A stretch of DNA of 64,000 nt from Oligoflexus sp. (GCA_041736305.1 JBGSTX010000229.1:1-64000); one strand, 5' to 3'; shown: positions 18,312 to 28,311, counted from the stretch's first letter. Numbers and translations are program-made. The notes: generated by a model from the sequence alone, not told the origin.

Positions 18312-19199
18312 ATGCAGAGACAGCTTAGATCCAACTCGAGTTCCAGTTTAGTCGGGTCTATCTTGCTTCTCGTCTCCCTCCTGGGTGTGTTCTTTAGCGT
18401 TTTCTTTTGGCTAAGACCAAGCGGTGAGCCATCTATTGGCAAAGCCTATGAGCCACAAGATCAAGCTTCTTTGGTAAAAAGGCGCGCGATAGAGTCGTCG
18501 GAACTAAAGTCTGCCCCTTCGCGTCCAAGCATCGATTCCGTCGTCCCGCCCTCAGGTGCCTTAGCTCAAGCAAGCGAAAGTAGCGCAAAATCAGGTGGAG
18601 AAGCTAAGGAGCAGTCCGAAGATGAAGCGATCCAAAGCGCCCGCGAGGCTATAGACACAGCAAAAGATCCGGGCTTAGCCCGAGACATACTCGAAGCAGT
18701 GCTCGCAAAGAATCCCGAGCAGATAGATGCCGCCCAAAATCTCTTTTTCGTCTACGAGCATCTCGAAGACCTAGCAGGGGCAAAAGAACGACTCAAAAAA
18801 CTCGAAGCCAGCCTAGGTGAAGGTGCCAAGCCAGGTCTCAACTATATTCTCGGTCGCCTCATGGTTGAATCAGGAGAAGTAGAAGAAGGCAAGCAACGCC
18901 TGGAGCAGGTGGTCGCTGCCGGGGTTGATGACCCTTACGTGCGAGAGCAGTTGGCGGTCGCCTATGTCCGCTCAGGCGATGGGGCTCATGCGCGAGAGAC
19001 CTGGAGAGCTCTCGCAGAGGACGAGGTGCCGAGTCAGGCATCCTTCAATGCCAAGGCGAAGCTAGCCGAACTACTCCTCAGCGAGGGCAAAGTCGACGAA
19101 GCCAAAGCCAAACTCGAAGACATCTTAAGCCAGGACCCAAGCAATCCTTTTGCACTCACCGTATGGGAGCGACTTAAGAGGCGGGTTCAGCGTTCGTAG
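18312..19199 (+). CDS. membrane-anchored TPR protein
   Basis: N-terminal TM helix, Ser/Ala-rich linker and TPR-like helices (AKAKLEDILSQDPSNPFA). Confidence 0.78.
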   Translation: MQRQLRSNSSSSLVGSILLLVSLLGVFFSVFFWLRPSGEPSIGKAYEPQDQASLVKRRAIESSELKSAPSRPSIDSVVPPSGALAQASESSAKSGGEAKEQSEDEAIQSAREAIDTAKDPGLARDILEAVLAKNPEQIDAAQNLFFVYEHLEDLAGAKERLKKLEASLGEGAKPGLNYILGRLMVESGEVEEGKQRLEQVVAAGVDDPYVREQLAVAYVRSGDGAHARETWRALAEDEVPSQASFNAKAKLAELLLSEGKVDEAKAKLEDILSQDPSNPFALTVWERLKRRVQRS

Positions 19200-20271
19200 G
19201 CGCAGGATAGGAGCGATTTTTCCAGACCAACGGCTTCTTAAAGAGCAGATCATAAAGCGCAAGAATCGAAACGCTGCAAAAAAGCAGCAGTGAGTAGGGA
19301 AACAAGAGGGCTCCCCACAACGAAAATCGACCGAGCCGCCGTTGCAGAAAAGCCACCAGCAGACAGGTCGAAGCGGTAAAACCCCAGGCCAAGCCCGACC
19401 GCAGCCAATCGCCACCGCCTAAGAAAGCAGCCATGAAGAGAGTCATCTCGATTCCGGTTCCGGGATAGCTATAGCTCATTCCAGCTCTGAAATTCCGCCG
19501 CCAGCCCCGAACGAACTCGCCTAGGCTTGCGTACATTCTCACTTCGAAGAGGGGGCGCTCGGTGTAGACAGCCCAGCGGCCACCGTCTTCGAGAACCGCA
19601 TTAGCGAGGGGAATATCTTCGACCCACGCAGCCTTAACGCGCTCGTGGCCACCCATTTTCTCGTAGAAAGTCCTTTCAAAAAGCAGGTACTGCCCAATCG
19701 CATAAACCTGTCCCGGCCTTGGCTTTCCGTAGGGGTTGGTCGCGGCCAAGAGGCAGACATGAAAGGGTCCGCAAAGCTTTTCCCACCAGGCCTCGCTCTG
19801 GTGATAGGGGAGGACTGTAAGTCCCTGAGCCTTCTTGTTTTGCAGGCTGCGGACCGCCTCGCCAAGACTATCGGGATAGTGGAAGGTGTCGGCGTCGGTA
19901 AAGAGCAGGTAAGCGCCCGTCGAAGCGAGAGCCCCCTGATGGCAGGCCCATTGCTTACCGGACCAGCCCTCCGGCCTAGGCTGCCCTGAGATAAGCCGCA
20001 CCCCATATTCACGGGCAATGGCCCCGGTTCTGTCGTCTGAACAGTCATCGACCACGATCAGCTCAAGACGATCCTGCGGATAATCGAGCTGGGAAAGGGA
20101 GTTGAGCAGTCGCCCGAGAACAGCTTCTTCGTTGCGCGCCGGCACGACAATAGAAACTGTAGGCAGCTCTTTAGCTAGCTGCTGAGGACCTTTAAGGACC
20201 CGCCGCGGCCACATCCGCCAGCTGAGGAGAGCGAACCCGAGAGCCGCAGAGATCAGAGCAAAAAGGGTCAT
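19174..20271 (-). CDS. GT2 glycosyltransferase, probably carotenoid-modifying (CrtQ/CruC-like)
   Basis: Motifs VPARNEE, VDDCSDDRT, GWSGKQWAC, FTDAD, VED and GWRRN; last gene of the crt operon. Confidence 0.85.
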   Translation of the reverse strand: MTLFALISAALGFALLSWRMWPRRVLKGPQQLAKELPTVSIVVPARNEEAVLGRLLNSLSQLDYPQDRLELIVVDDCSDDRTGAIAREYGVRLISGQPRPEGWSGKQWACHQGALASTGAYLLFTDADTFHYPDSLGEAVRSLQNKKAQGLTVLPYHQSEAWWEKLCGPFHVCLLAATNPYGKPRPGQVYAIGQYLLFERTFYEKMGGHERVKAAWVEDIPLANAVLEDGGRWAVYTERPLFEVRMYASLGEFVRGWRRNFRAGMSYSYPGTGIEMTLFMAAFLGGGDWLRSGLAWGFTASTCLLVAFLQRRLGRFSLWGALLFPYSLLLFCSVSILALYDLLFKKPLVWKNRSYPAPTNAEPAS

Positions 20272-20288
20272 GAGCGTTCACCACATTT

Positions 20289-20891
20289 TCAGAAAGGTAG
20301 GTGCGAAAGGGTCTCTGCGACGCCTGGATAGCCTTCTTGGAGCCAGTGCCACCAGCAGGCGATCATGAGAACGTGACCGGTAATTGCTGCAAAGTGGCTC
20401 CACATCTCGACGCGATCGAGACCCTTTCCCAGGTAGCGGTGCCAATGCAAAGCCTCATCGATCGCACTGTAAAAGAACGAGAGAGCAATTAAGGAGAGAG
20501 CAGGCACCTTAAAAATCTCGCCGTGTTCCCAGCAGAGGCAAAGCGCCATCACTGAGCTGACCGCCGTGATCATAATCATCTGGTGCACGTGTCCTTCGCC
20601 CGACTTCAAATCCTGCTTATAGGCCGTTCGATGACCGATATCATCAAAGGCCAGAGCGAAGACGAAGAGCGCGACGCCGCCGGGAATGAACCAAACATAA
20701 CCTGGGTAATGCACGCCGTTGAAGTAACCGAAAGCCAAAAAGGTGCTCACCCCGATAAGCAGTGATGCCAGGGTTGATATCCAGCAGGTATAGCGAATCC
20801 AGTCCTCGCGTTCGAAGCTCTTTATCTGGCGGACGTAGGTGAGAGTCTCTTGAAACCAGGGCAGACTTGGCTGAGATAGACTTGGGTTCAT
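20289..20891 (-). CDS. orphan membrane protein with a duplicated D..H/E..H motif, inside the carotenoid operon
   Basis: ATGA overlap with the crtB stop; several TM helices; DDIGH...EGHVH and DEALH...EMWSH. Confidence 0.8.
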   Translation of the reverse strand: MNPSLSQPSLPWFQETLTYVRQIKSFEREDWIRYTCWISTLASLLIGVSTFLAFGYFNGVHYPGYVWFIPGGVALFVFALAFDDIGHRTAYKQDLKSGEGHVHQMIMITAVSSVMALCLCWEHGEIFKVPALSLIALSFFYSAIDEALHWHRYLGKGLDRVEMWSHFAAITGHVLMIACWWHWLQEGYPGVAETLSHLPF

Positions 20892-21829
20892 CTTCTTTCC
20901 CCCGAAAAAGTTAACTGAGTCCGCTTCGTACGCAGGCGATAAGGTAGGGTCTGGAGGACGCGCCCAATGCCACGGAAGGCGAGAGCGATCTTCTTCGGCA
21001 GCGGCAACCAGGTCCGTCGATCCCAAGCTTGACCACCGCGAGCGCGAATCTCATCGCCAATGCCTGAATAAACCTCGCGAGCGACAGCGACGGCGAGGGC
21101 ACAGCGAATCGGTAAAAATTTTAGGCCCTCGTCGCCCGATCGATAGAGCCGATCCGCAGCATCCAGGGTTTTCGCAACCACGCGCACTAGCTCTGGCCGC
21201 TTCGCAGGATTCAGCAGGCTCTCCCCGAGCTCAAATCCGGCTTCCTGCAAATAGACGCGTGGCAAATAGATGCGTCCCATGGCCTCGTCTGTATTGATAT
21301 CCCGGCAGATATTAGTGAGCTGCATAGCCAGGCCGAGATCTGTTGCATGCCGATAGGCCTGCTCCGAACTCACTTCCATCAAGTAGCTCATCATGAGGCC
21401 GACGACACCTGCCACGCGGTAGCAGTAGAGGTAAAGCTGTTCCTCCGTCTCATAGGAGACGCCCCCGAGATCCATAGCCATGCCTTCCATGAGTTCACGC
21501 GCGTAGTCCTCTGGAAATGGAACTTCACGCCTCACGGCTCTAAAAGCGGCCATGGCAGCTGGTAAATCCTGGGGTGGAGGCTGGGCGAAACTTTGTTCAG
21601 CGAGAGTATCGAGCAATCGGCGCCGCGCTTCTGCCGATATGCCAGCGCCCCCCTCGTCGACTTCATTGTCTACATAGCGGCACCAGGCATAGAGCATGAC
21701 AACTCTATCCCGGATGCGTCGCTTAAAAATCCGCGAAGCGAAACTGAAGCTGAGCGAACCCTTAGCCATGGACTCATAGCTAAAGGCCACGAGTTCGGCC
21801 TCGCTCCTATTTTTGGCTAGCGAGCTCAT
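20888..21829 (-). CDS. crtB: phytoene synthase
   Basis: Motifs LYAWCRYVDNEVDE, YCYRVAGVVG and MQLTNICRDI..D..MGRIYLP. Confidence 0.95.
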   Translation of the reverse strand: MSSLAKNRSEAELVAFSYESMAKGSLSFSFASRIFKRRIRDRVVMLYAWCRYVDNEVDEGGAGISAEARRRLLDTLAEQSFAQPPPQDLPAAMAAFRAVRREVPFPEDYARELMEGMAMDLGGVSYETEEQLYLYCYRVAGVVGLMMSYLMEVSSEQAYRHATDLGLAMQLTNICRDINTDEAMGRIYLPRVYLQEAGFELGESLLNPAKRPELVRVVAKTLDAADRLYRSGDEGLKFLPIRCALAVAVAREVYSGIGDEIRARGGQAWDRRTWLPLPKKIALAFRGIGRVLQTLPYRLRTKRTQLTFSGERR

Positions 21830-23343
21830 GGAGCTACCCTTGCCGCCTCAGGGTTTCGCGCAAAGTCGCTTTCAATCACCGACCAAGTGGCTTTGGCCGA
21901 ACCTACTACTCCAGGTATCCCTGCTCCTGGATGGGTGCCGGCTCCGACGAAGTAGAGATTTTTGAGGTAGCTGTCGCGATTGTGGACGCGAAAGTAAGCG
22001 CTCTGTCTCAGAGTCGGAGTCAAGGAAAAGGCCGAGCCATGCAGCGCGTTCAGTTCCGTTTCAAAATCCTGAGGTGTGAACCAATGTTTGACCTTAATCG
22101 ATTCGACTAGCCCAGGCATGTAGTGGCGATCGAGGTACTGCAGTATCTTCTCGCAGAAGATAGGAGCCTCTTTTTTCCAGTCGACGTTCGAAAGCTTGAG
22201 ATTAGGCACTGGAGCTAGAGCGTAGTAGCTGTAGTGTCCAGGAGGGGCTAGCGAGGAATCCGTTTCAGAAGGGGCATGTAGATAAAGGGAGAAGTCATCC
22301 GCTAGCTTTCCCGTCTTAAAGATATCGTCGAGCAGTCCGCGGTATCGCTGGCCGAACATGATGTTGTGGTGGGTGAGGTTTGGAAAACGCTTGTTGCCGC
22401 CGAAGTAGACCACAAAGAGCGACATCGAAAAATCTTTTTTCCGCATCTGGGCAGCCTTGCTCTGCGAGCGGGGCTCATTCTGCAAGAGTTGCTGATAGGT
22501 GTGGTAGATATCGGCGTTGCTGACCACCAGATCCGCTTTTATCGTCTGGTCTCCGCCTTCCACTTGAATGCCGACCACGCGCTTGCCTTCCGTGACGATG
22601 CGTTCGACTCCGCTGCTGAGATGCGTGATCCCGCCCAAATCCTCGAAGAGTTTCACCAGTGCGGCGATAAGAGCTGCGGTTCCCCCCTTAGGAAAGTGGA
22701 CACCGAACTTCTTCTCCAGAGGATGGATGAGACTATAGATTGAGGAGATTTCAAAGGGGTTGCCACCGATCAAGAGACTATTGAAACTCAGTGCCTGCCG
22801 CGTTCGCTCGTCTTTCACGTAGCGGCTGATCGTCTGATACACCGGTCGATGAGCGCCGAGCTTGAGCAGCTGGGGCGAAACCTTAACCATGTCCCAGAAG
22901 CGAAGGAACGGCACCTGACCGAGGCGAACGTAGCCTTCCTCATAGACCTCTTCTGCATAGCGCAGAAATTCCTTATAACCGGCCGCATCGCCTGGATGCC
23001 GCTTCTCCATCTGCTCTAGAAGATTTTTCTCATCGTTATCATAATTGAAAGTATCGCCGTCTTCCCAGAAGAGCCGGTAGAAGGGATGAATTTCGATGAG
23101 TTCTATATAGTCCGACATACGCTTGCCAGCGAGAGCAAAGAGTTCTTCGAGGCACTGTGGGACGGTCACGACTGTGGGACCCGCATCGAAACGATAGCCA
23201 TCGATATCGTAGACGTAGGCACGGCCTCCCGGCTTATCGCGCTTCTCGAAAAGCTGTGTAGCAAAGCCGCCTGCCTGGAGCCGAATGGCAGCTGCTAAGC
23301 CGCCGAAGCCTGAACCGATGACTATAGCCTTGGGTTTAGACAT
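21826..23343 (-). CDS. crtI: phytoene desaturase
   Basis: Motifs GSGFGGLAAAIRL, FDAGPTV and LYFVGAGTHPGAGIPGV. Confidence 0.96.
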   Translation of the reverse strand: MSKPKAIVIGSGFGGLAAAIRLQAGGFATQLFEKRDKPGGRAYVYDIDGYRFDAGPTVVTVPQCLEELFALAGKRMSDYIELIEIHPFYRLFWEDGDTFNYDNDEKNLLEQMEKRHPGDAAGYKEFLRYAEEVYEEGYVRLGQVPFLRFWDMVKVSPQLLKLGAHRPVYQTISRYVKDERTRQALSFNSLLIGGNPFEISSIYSLIHPLEKKFGVHFPKGGTAALIAALVKLFEDLGGITHLSSGVERIVTEGKRVVGIQVEGGDQTIKADLVVSNADIYHTYQQLLQNEPRSQSKAAQMRKKDFSMSLFVVYFGGNKRFPNLTHHNIMFGQRYRGLLDDIFKTGKLADDFSLYLHAPSETDSSLAPPGHYSYYALAPVPNLKLSNVDWKKEAPIFCEKILQYLDRHYMPGLVESIKVKHWFTPQDFETELNALHGSAFSLTPTLRQSAYFRVHNRDSYLKNLYFVGAGTHPGAGIPGVVGSAKATWSVIESDFARNPEAARVAP

Positions 23344-24421
23344 AGGCTTTCCTAATCCTTTCTTTGAGTCGCTGCAGAGCTTCTAGATCCGCCGCATCGA
23401 CTTTTGCGCTGCTGCTAAAATCCTGCCAAGCTTTGGCAAAGCTCTTATCGACCCAGTGTTTAGCTCTTTCAAGAAATCCGTGACCGTGGAACCAATTTTC
23501 TAATTCATCGCTAGACGGAAGTTTATCTACTGCTGCGAGCACTCTTTTAAATGCGTCTGGACCGTATTCATGCAAGATGAAAGCCCAGATGAAGGAGGGC
23601 TTGCGAGCGAGCAGATCCTCCCATTTCTTCTCCGGATCGAAATCATCCCCGATGTTGCCTAGGTCGTTTAATCGCTGGAGGTATGCGCCTAGCTCATAGC
23701 CAAAGGCTTCGACCAGACGGAGACGCTCTGAGTCCGCACGTCCCACCAAGGCTCCCAGCAAGAGGGCTAGCATGACGATAGACCCTGTTTTGAAACGACA
23801 GCACTCATGGCAGAGGGCTTCGATGTCTTCGAGGGGAACTTGATCGACCTTAACGCAGAGATCCATGATCTGCCCGTAGTGGGCGAGCTCGACGGTTTTG
23901 GTATAGGTCGCGTAGAGCAGGGTGTGTTCGGCCCCGCTGAGCTCGAGACCCCCTAGCAAACGCAGCGCGTAGAAATAAAGCCAGTTGCCAATCCCGATCG
24001 CATGCGGTGCTCCGAGTATACGGTGGAGAGCTTCGCCCTTGCGCCTAACCTGGCTCCCGTCCTGCACATCGTCGACAATCAGCGATCCGAGATGGAGGTA
24101 TTCTATCGAATTTGCACAGAGAGCGAGGTTGGCTTTGTCGCTGAGACTCTGCTCGCCGCCGCCGGCGAGACGGTAGCCGACCTCGACCAGATCAGAGCGA
24201 AAGCGGTGGCTGGGGCGATTCTTCAGCTCCAGCATCGGTTCGACCAGAAATTGTTGAAGAATTCTTTTCACTTCTGAGGGCAGTGCGTATTCATCGTGCA
24301 GGTGGCCCAAAGCAGTGACGGAGAGCGGAGAAGACCCAGCAGACGCCGACCATTGTCCTGGGCTGAGCCCATAGCTGCGCTGTTTGATCATGCCGCTAGT
24401 GATGGGACTAGGGCGTTCCAT
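23336..24421 (-). CDS. crtE: polyprenyl (geranylgeranyl) diphosphate synthase
   Basis: First Asp-rich motif SLIVDDVQDGSQVRR, GQIMDL and KT; second motif degenerate (QRLNDL); lies in the crt operon. Confidence 0.78.
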   Translation of the reverse strand: MERPSPITSGMIKQRSYGLSPGQWSASAGSSPLSVTALGHLHDEYALPSEVKRILQQFLVEPMLELKNRPSHRFRSDLVEVGYRLAGGGEQSLSDKANLALCANSIEYLHLGSLIVDDVQDGSQVRRKGEALHRILGAPHAIGIGNWLYFYALRLLGGLELSGAEHTLLYATYTKTVELAHYGQIMDLCVKVDQVPLEDIEALCHECCRFKTGSIVMLALLLGALVGRADSERLRLVEAFGYELGAYLQRLNDLGNIGDDFDPEKKWEDLLARKPSFIWAFILHEYGPDAFKRVLAAVDKLPSSDELENWFHGHGFLERAKHWVDKSFAKAWQDFSSSAKVDAADLEALQRLKERIRKAYV

Positions 24422-25598
24422 AGTTCTCTCCGACCTTATGAAAGAAATGATAGATCCCTTGTTTGACAGGGACCGGAGGCTTACCTGAAAGAATGCGCAG
24501 CTTGTCGCGAGCTAGAGTTTGACCAGCGTAGAAGCGCGCGACCAGATCTTCGTGATGCCCGTAAAATTTTTCGAGCACTTTGTAGCGATCGCCATCACTG
24601 GCTGCGAAAAAGAGCATATTGTTCAAGCGGCGAAAGAATTCCAACTCTTTCCAGCGCTCATCGCTCAGAGCTCGCAAGCCTCTTCGCAGTTCTTCAACGT
24701 CCCAGCGACTCTGCGTCGCCAGCCATTCAGCAACGTGCACCGCTTCATAAATCGAATAGCCGGTGGTTGGATGGTAGAAGCGTCCTCGAACGCCTAGTTC
24801 GGGAAGCTGCGAAAAATCTCTCGCTTCTTCGCCGTAGCAAGGGAGCGGTAGGGATCCAAATTCTTCACCCTCGATGCTGAGTGGACCCCAGTTTTGCTCT
24901 TTTGCGTAATGGAGTATCTCGGCTCGATAAAGTTCTCGATCGACTTCAGAGCCGCGGCTGTAGTGGGTATCCTCGACGAGGAGGCTGTGATCCGACCAGG
25001 GCAGCACGTACATAAAGCGAAAGCCATCGTCCTGCGGCAGGCAAGCATCCATAACAATAGGGCGGGTAACGCCGTGTTTGCGCTCCGTCTTGAGCTGAAG
25101 CCCGAGAAACTTCTGGTAACCCGAAACTAAGTTTTGAGGTGAATCGTGCCAGCCTCTCCCATCGATTACGGCTTGGGCTCGCAGACGTGAGCCATCTTCG
25201 AGGACAATTTCAGTAGGAGAAATTTGGCTTACCTTGACCCCAGGCCGATAGGCTTCACCCAGAAGTTCTTGTAGAACACCGACAAATTGTCGGTATCGAA
25301 TGCTGACATAGGGACTGTTGATAGTGCGTTGAAACTGGGGGAACTGAACTGAGTAGCTATCCCAGTATGCTGTGAGAAAAGGGGCAATCCAGGAATCTCG
25401 GGGCGAGCGAAAAACACCCGTTCGGGACTTATCAAAATTGAGGACCTGAAACGACCATGTCTGGTCCCAATCGTCACCGCGTCCGGCATCGATCAAAAGG
25501 AAGCGGGTTTCTGGTCTTTCTAGGCGAAGCAAAGTCGCTGCGAGACCGCTTGCAAGCCCGCCACCGACAAAGATCAGCTCATAATCAAAGGCCTGCAA
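24408..25598 (-). CDS. crtY: lycopene beta-cyclase (CrtY type)
   Basis: Motifs VGGGLASG, TWSF, YQKFLG, LLVEDTHYS, HPTTGYS and GKPPVPV. Confidence 0.92.
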   Translation of the reverse strand: MQAFDYELIFVGGGLASGLAATLLRLERPETRFLLIDAGRGDDWDQTWSFQVLNFDKSRTGVFRSPRDSWIAPFLTAYWDSYSVQFPQFQRTINSPYVSIRYRQFVGVLQELLGEAYRPGVKVSQISPTEIVLEDGSRLRAQAVIDGRGWHDSPQNLVSGYQKFLGLQLKTERKHGVTRPIVMDACLPQDDGFRFMYVLPWSDHSLLVEDTHYSRGSEVDRELYRAEILHYAKEQNWGPLSIEGEEFGSLPLPCYGEEARDFSQLPELGVRGRFYHPTTGYSIYEAVHVAEWLATQSRWDVEELRRGLRALSDERWKELEFFRRLNNMLFFAASDGDRYKVLEKFYGHHEDLVARFYAGQTLARDKLRILSGKPPVPVKQGIYHFFHKVGENYGTP

Positions 25599-25784
25599 TT
25601 TGCCTCCTTCTGGCGCATTCTCGGTTCAACGCCTAGACTGCGTATAGCTGCGCATCTCGACCCTTTGTCTTCCCATAAAATGCGTCCCGAAAGCTATCAG
25701 GCTTTTGAAAATCTTTCTTTGACTGCTAACCCGTATACGAATTGTCTGCAGCCTTTCGGACTGGGAAAAATGCGTCGAGTAGCG

Positions 25785-25814
25785 AAAAAAAAGGCCCGGT
25801 CATGACCCGGGCCT
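25785..25814 (-). terminator. intrinsic terminator
   Basis: AGGCCCGG/CCGGGCCT stem followed by a U8 tract on the - strand. Confidence 0.7.
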
Positions 25815-25855
25815 CGCTCAGCTGATTTTATCGACCAAAGAAAATGAGAATATTT

Positions 25856-26496
25856 TCAGCGTATACTCGCCGTACCATTGAAGTAAGCCTGGTATATAGG
25901 CCATGAGAAATCAGCAATTTGGCGACCTAAAACCAGACCAGCTTCGTTGTCGCTGCGAATGTGATAGCCGCCCCAGAGTCGAGAGACCGCTGCCATTTCC
26001 GCTGTCGCTGAGAAGGTCGGCAACTGCAAGCGAACTTCTTTCGATTCTCCAAGATCTTTTGCAGCCTTACCCTCACGAGCCTGCATTGCGGCAGCCGAAA
26101 AGCTGCTTTCTGTGAGTTCGCCTGCCTGGCGAATGGCGATCACACCGAACTTATCCGAACCCGTAAAGAGTTCGAGGATGCGGCCCGCCCCTGCACTGGC
26201 CGTAGCATGTCCTGAAACGTAGCCTGGGAATGGAGGTGTCACGAATGAGTCGGGAGAATATGGATGCCATTTGTCGGCAGAAATCTTCCTGACGCCTTTG
26301 CCTGGACCGGCCCAGCCGAGAACTTCTTTTTTGGGAAAATGCAGCCTCACATACCAGTAAGGTCGGGAGGTATCATAGTAGCGTTTGGCATCCCAAGAGG
26401 CGACGAAGGTATCGTGAACGACGTTGGCTACAACGAAAAACATTTTAATATCGCGATCGAGCTTGTTTTGATCGCGTCGTGAAACATCTTGCGCGA
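25856..26496 (-). pseudogene. 5'-truncated vanadium haloperoxidase / PAP2-family gene
   Basis: Has WDAKRYYDTSRP, TPPFPGYVSGH and SRLWGGYH. The family-like frame (AQDVSRRDQNKLDRDIK) continues upstream of the first Met and then hits an in-frame TAA with no proper start or signal. Confidence 0.7.
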
Positions 26497-26649
26497 GGAC
26501 GTGCCTGCTTGTTTAGAGAAAGTATGTTGTGAAGTTTACTCGGGAGACAGAAAGCATGTCAAACCAAACTCGTCGAGCGGGACTAGGACGAGGCGAAAGC
26601 AGCCATTAGAGGCCGCTTTAGTGAAGACCGAGAGGGGGAGGTGAGCACG

Positions 26650-27678
26650 TCACGGCTGAAACATATAATCCGTGCTCATCGCAAAAACAGCCATGTCGCT
26701 GGTTATTTTCTTATTTTCGTCGCCATCAAGATAGGTTTTGTAAGCACCCTGCGCGTCTAGATGCACGAGGTACCAGGATGTCGCAAAACGCGCGATGTTC
26801 TCGTGCTGATCGAGGGGCCCTGTTTGAGTCACATCAAGGTGAGTCATCCCATTAAAACTAGCGATACCTTTGCTGGCACCAGTACTCATGTTGGTGTAGG
26901 CATTGCGAATATTGATAGGACTTGCGATGGTGTCAGCTGTACCGGTGATCAACATCATCGGCACCTTAGCTGTCGGCAACTGAGGTTGGAAAGCGCAAAT
27001 GGGAACCGCCGCCTGCACTCCTTCAGCGCCGAGTTGGTTGACGGCGACGATAGTTCCAGCGCCACCCATAGAAAACCCCATGATGCCGAGCTTGTCCGCT
27101 TTCAGGCGATTATTGATAGGGCTCCCGGTCCGCAGATTTTCCGCCTTGAGAACGACTAACGAAGCCTTGTGTCCCGTCGCCCAGATGTTGGGATCGAGCG
27201 AGCGGTTATTGGTCGGTGTGAATGCGAGCACGATAAAACCGTGGCTAGCGAGATGCTGACCTAACCAGGCCATATCTTCTTTAGTATTGGTGAAGCCACC
27301 GCTCAAGGAAGTTCCTGGCAAGGTCATCGTCATCGGCGCATCAGAAGGATAATAAACCCTAGCTGATTGATAGCCGGCGTCGATGAGAAAATTATCTGAG
27401 TAGCTCTGGACCTGGTAGGGTCCAGGTTTCCCTGGGTCTTTGAGATTAACAGAGGAAGGTGCTTTTGAAGCATCGACGCTTCCTGAACTTGTAGGACCCG
27501 AGCTAGGCGTCGACGAGCCGGGCGTCTGCTCCTGCTTTTGATCTTCCTGCTCCTGAGCCCTTGCTTCGTCTTTTTTGGTATCTGAACTGAAATCCGAGCC
27601 TGTTCCACAGCCAGTTACGAGACTGCTGGAGAGTAAGCATGCAAACATTAGCCTGAGTTTGAAGGGAGTCTGCAACAT
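26650..27678 (-). CDS. lipoprotein alpha/beta-hydrolase of the cutinase/PETase-like family
   Basis: Lipobox LVTGC; Ser/Pro/Gln linker; GGFT..., WLGQHLASHGFIV, GFSMGGAGT, GTADTIA and GMTH. Confidence 0.85.
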   Translation of the reverse strand: MLQTPFKLRLMFACLLSSSLVTGCGTGSDFSSDTKKDEARAQEQEDQKQEQTPGSSTPSSGPTSSGSVDASKAPSSVNLKDPGKPGPYQVQSYSDNFLIDAGYQSARVYYPSDAPMTMTLPGTSLSGGFTNTKEDMAWLGQHLASHGFIVLAFTPTNNRSLDPNIWATGHKASLVVLKAENLRTGSPINNRLKADKLGIMGFSMGGAGTIVAVNQLGAEGVQAAVPICAFQPQLPTAKVPMMLITGTADTIASPINIRNAYTNMSTGASKGIASFNGMTHLDVTQTGPLDQHENIARFATSWYLVHLDAQGAYKTYLDGDENKKITSDMAVFAMSTDYMFQP

Positions 27679-27711
27679 CTTGAATCTCTAAGCGAGTTGT
27701 GAATTTCTTGC

Positions 27712-27739
27712 TTATCGGACAATGCGAGGAAATTCTTGA
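27712..27739 (-). promoter_or_regulatory. sigma28/FliA-like promoter
   Basis: TCAAG-N15-TCCGATAA, 33 nt upstream of the start codon. Confidence 0.55.
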
Positions 27740-27825
27740 GGGAACTGCGTTAGTAGGCGGGATAAAAAAGGAAAAACGCTTGGCTAGAGGAAAGCCCAAG
27801 CGCTTAATTTGTTAGAAAAGATATC

Positions 27826-28311
27826 TTAGCCTACTTTAGCTTTCGAATGGTTCTTGCCGTTCATAACCTCATAATCTTTCCTGCAAGTTTCAACTGCATT
27901 CCCAAACTTCTCGAGAATTGCAGTGCTTTTCCGAATGTCAGAGATCGAGACATCCGTTGGCAGATGCTTGCTAAGACTGGCTTCGAATTTGACGATTTCC
28001 TGGACCTTTTGCTTACCCGCTGGGGTAAGATTTAGAATCGAATGGCTATTTTTATTGGCGAGAGAAACTAACCCACTCTTCACGAGCTCTGAGATAATAA
28101 CTCTCCACTTATCGGCATTGCCTCTATCGGGGAATTTTTCGGCCAATTCTGCAAGAGTAGCATCGGCCTTTTGCCCCAAAAAGCAGATGATAGAGCGTTT
28201 CGGCCCCGAATTATTTCCCATTTGATAGACCTCATCTGCCAGCTGACAAAGATCAAAATAGGATTTGATAGTTTGATTGATGAAGCCTTCGATCGGATTT
28301 AGAGTTTTCAT
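27826..28311 (-). CDS. MarR-like winged-helix protein
   Basis: GAGGAGGG RBS; TLAELAE...ISELVKSGLV...LNLTPAG. Confidence 0.65.
   Translation of the reverse strand: MKTLNPIEGFINQTIKSYFDLCQLADEVYQMGNNSGPKRSIICFLGQKADATLAELAEKFPDRGNADKWRVIISELVKSGLVSLANKNSHSILNLTPAGKQKVQEIVKFEASLSKHLPTDVSISDIRKSTAILEKFGNAVETCRKDYEVMNGKNHSKAKVG

Noticed and set aside
20892-21026. N-terminal extension of the orphan crt-operon protein given in the ORF track
   Set aside because: It overlaps crtB. The ATGA-coupled start at 20891 is more plausible.
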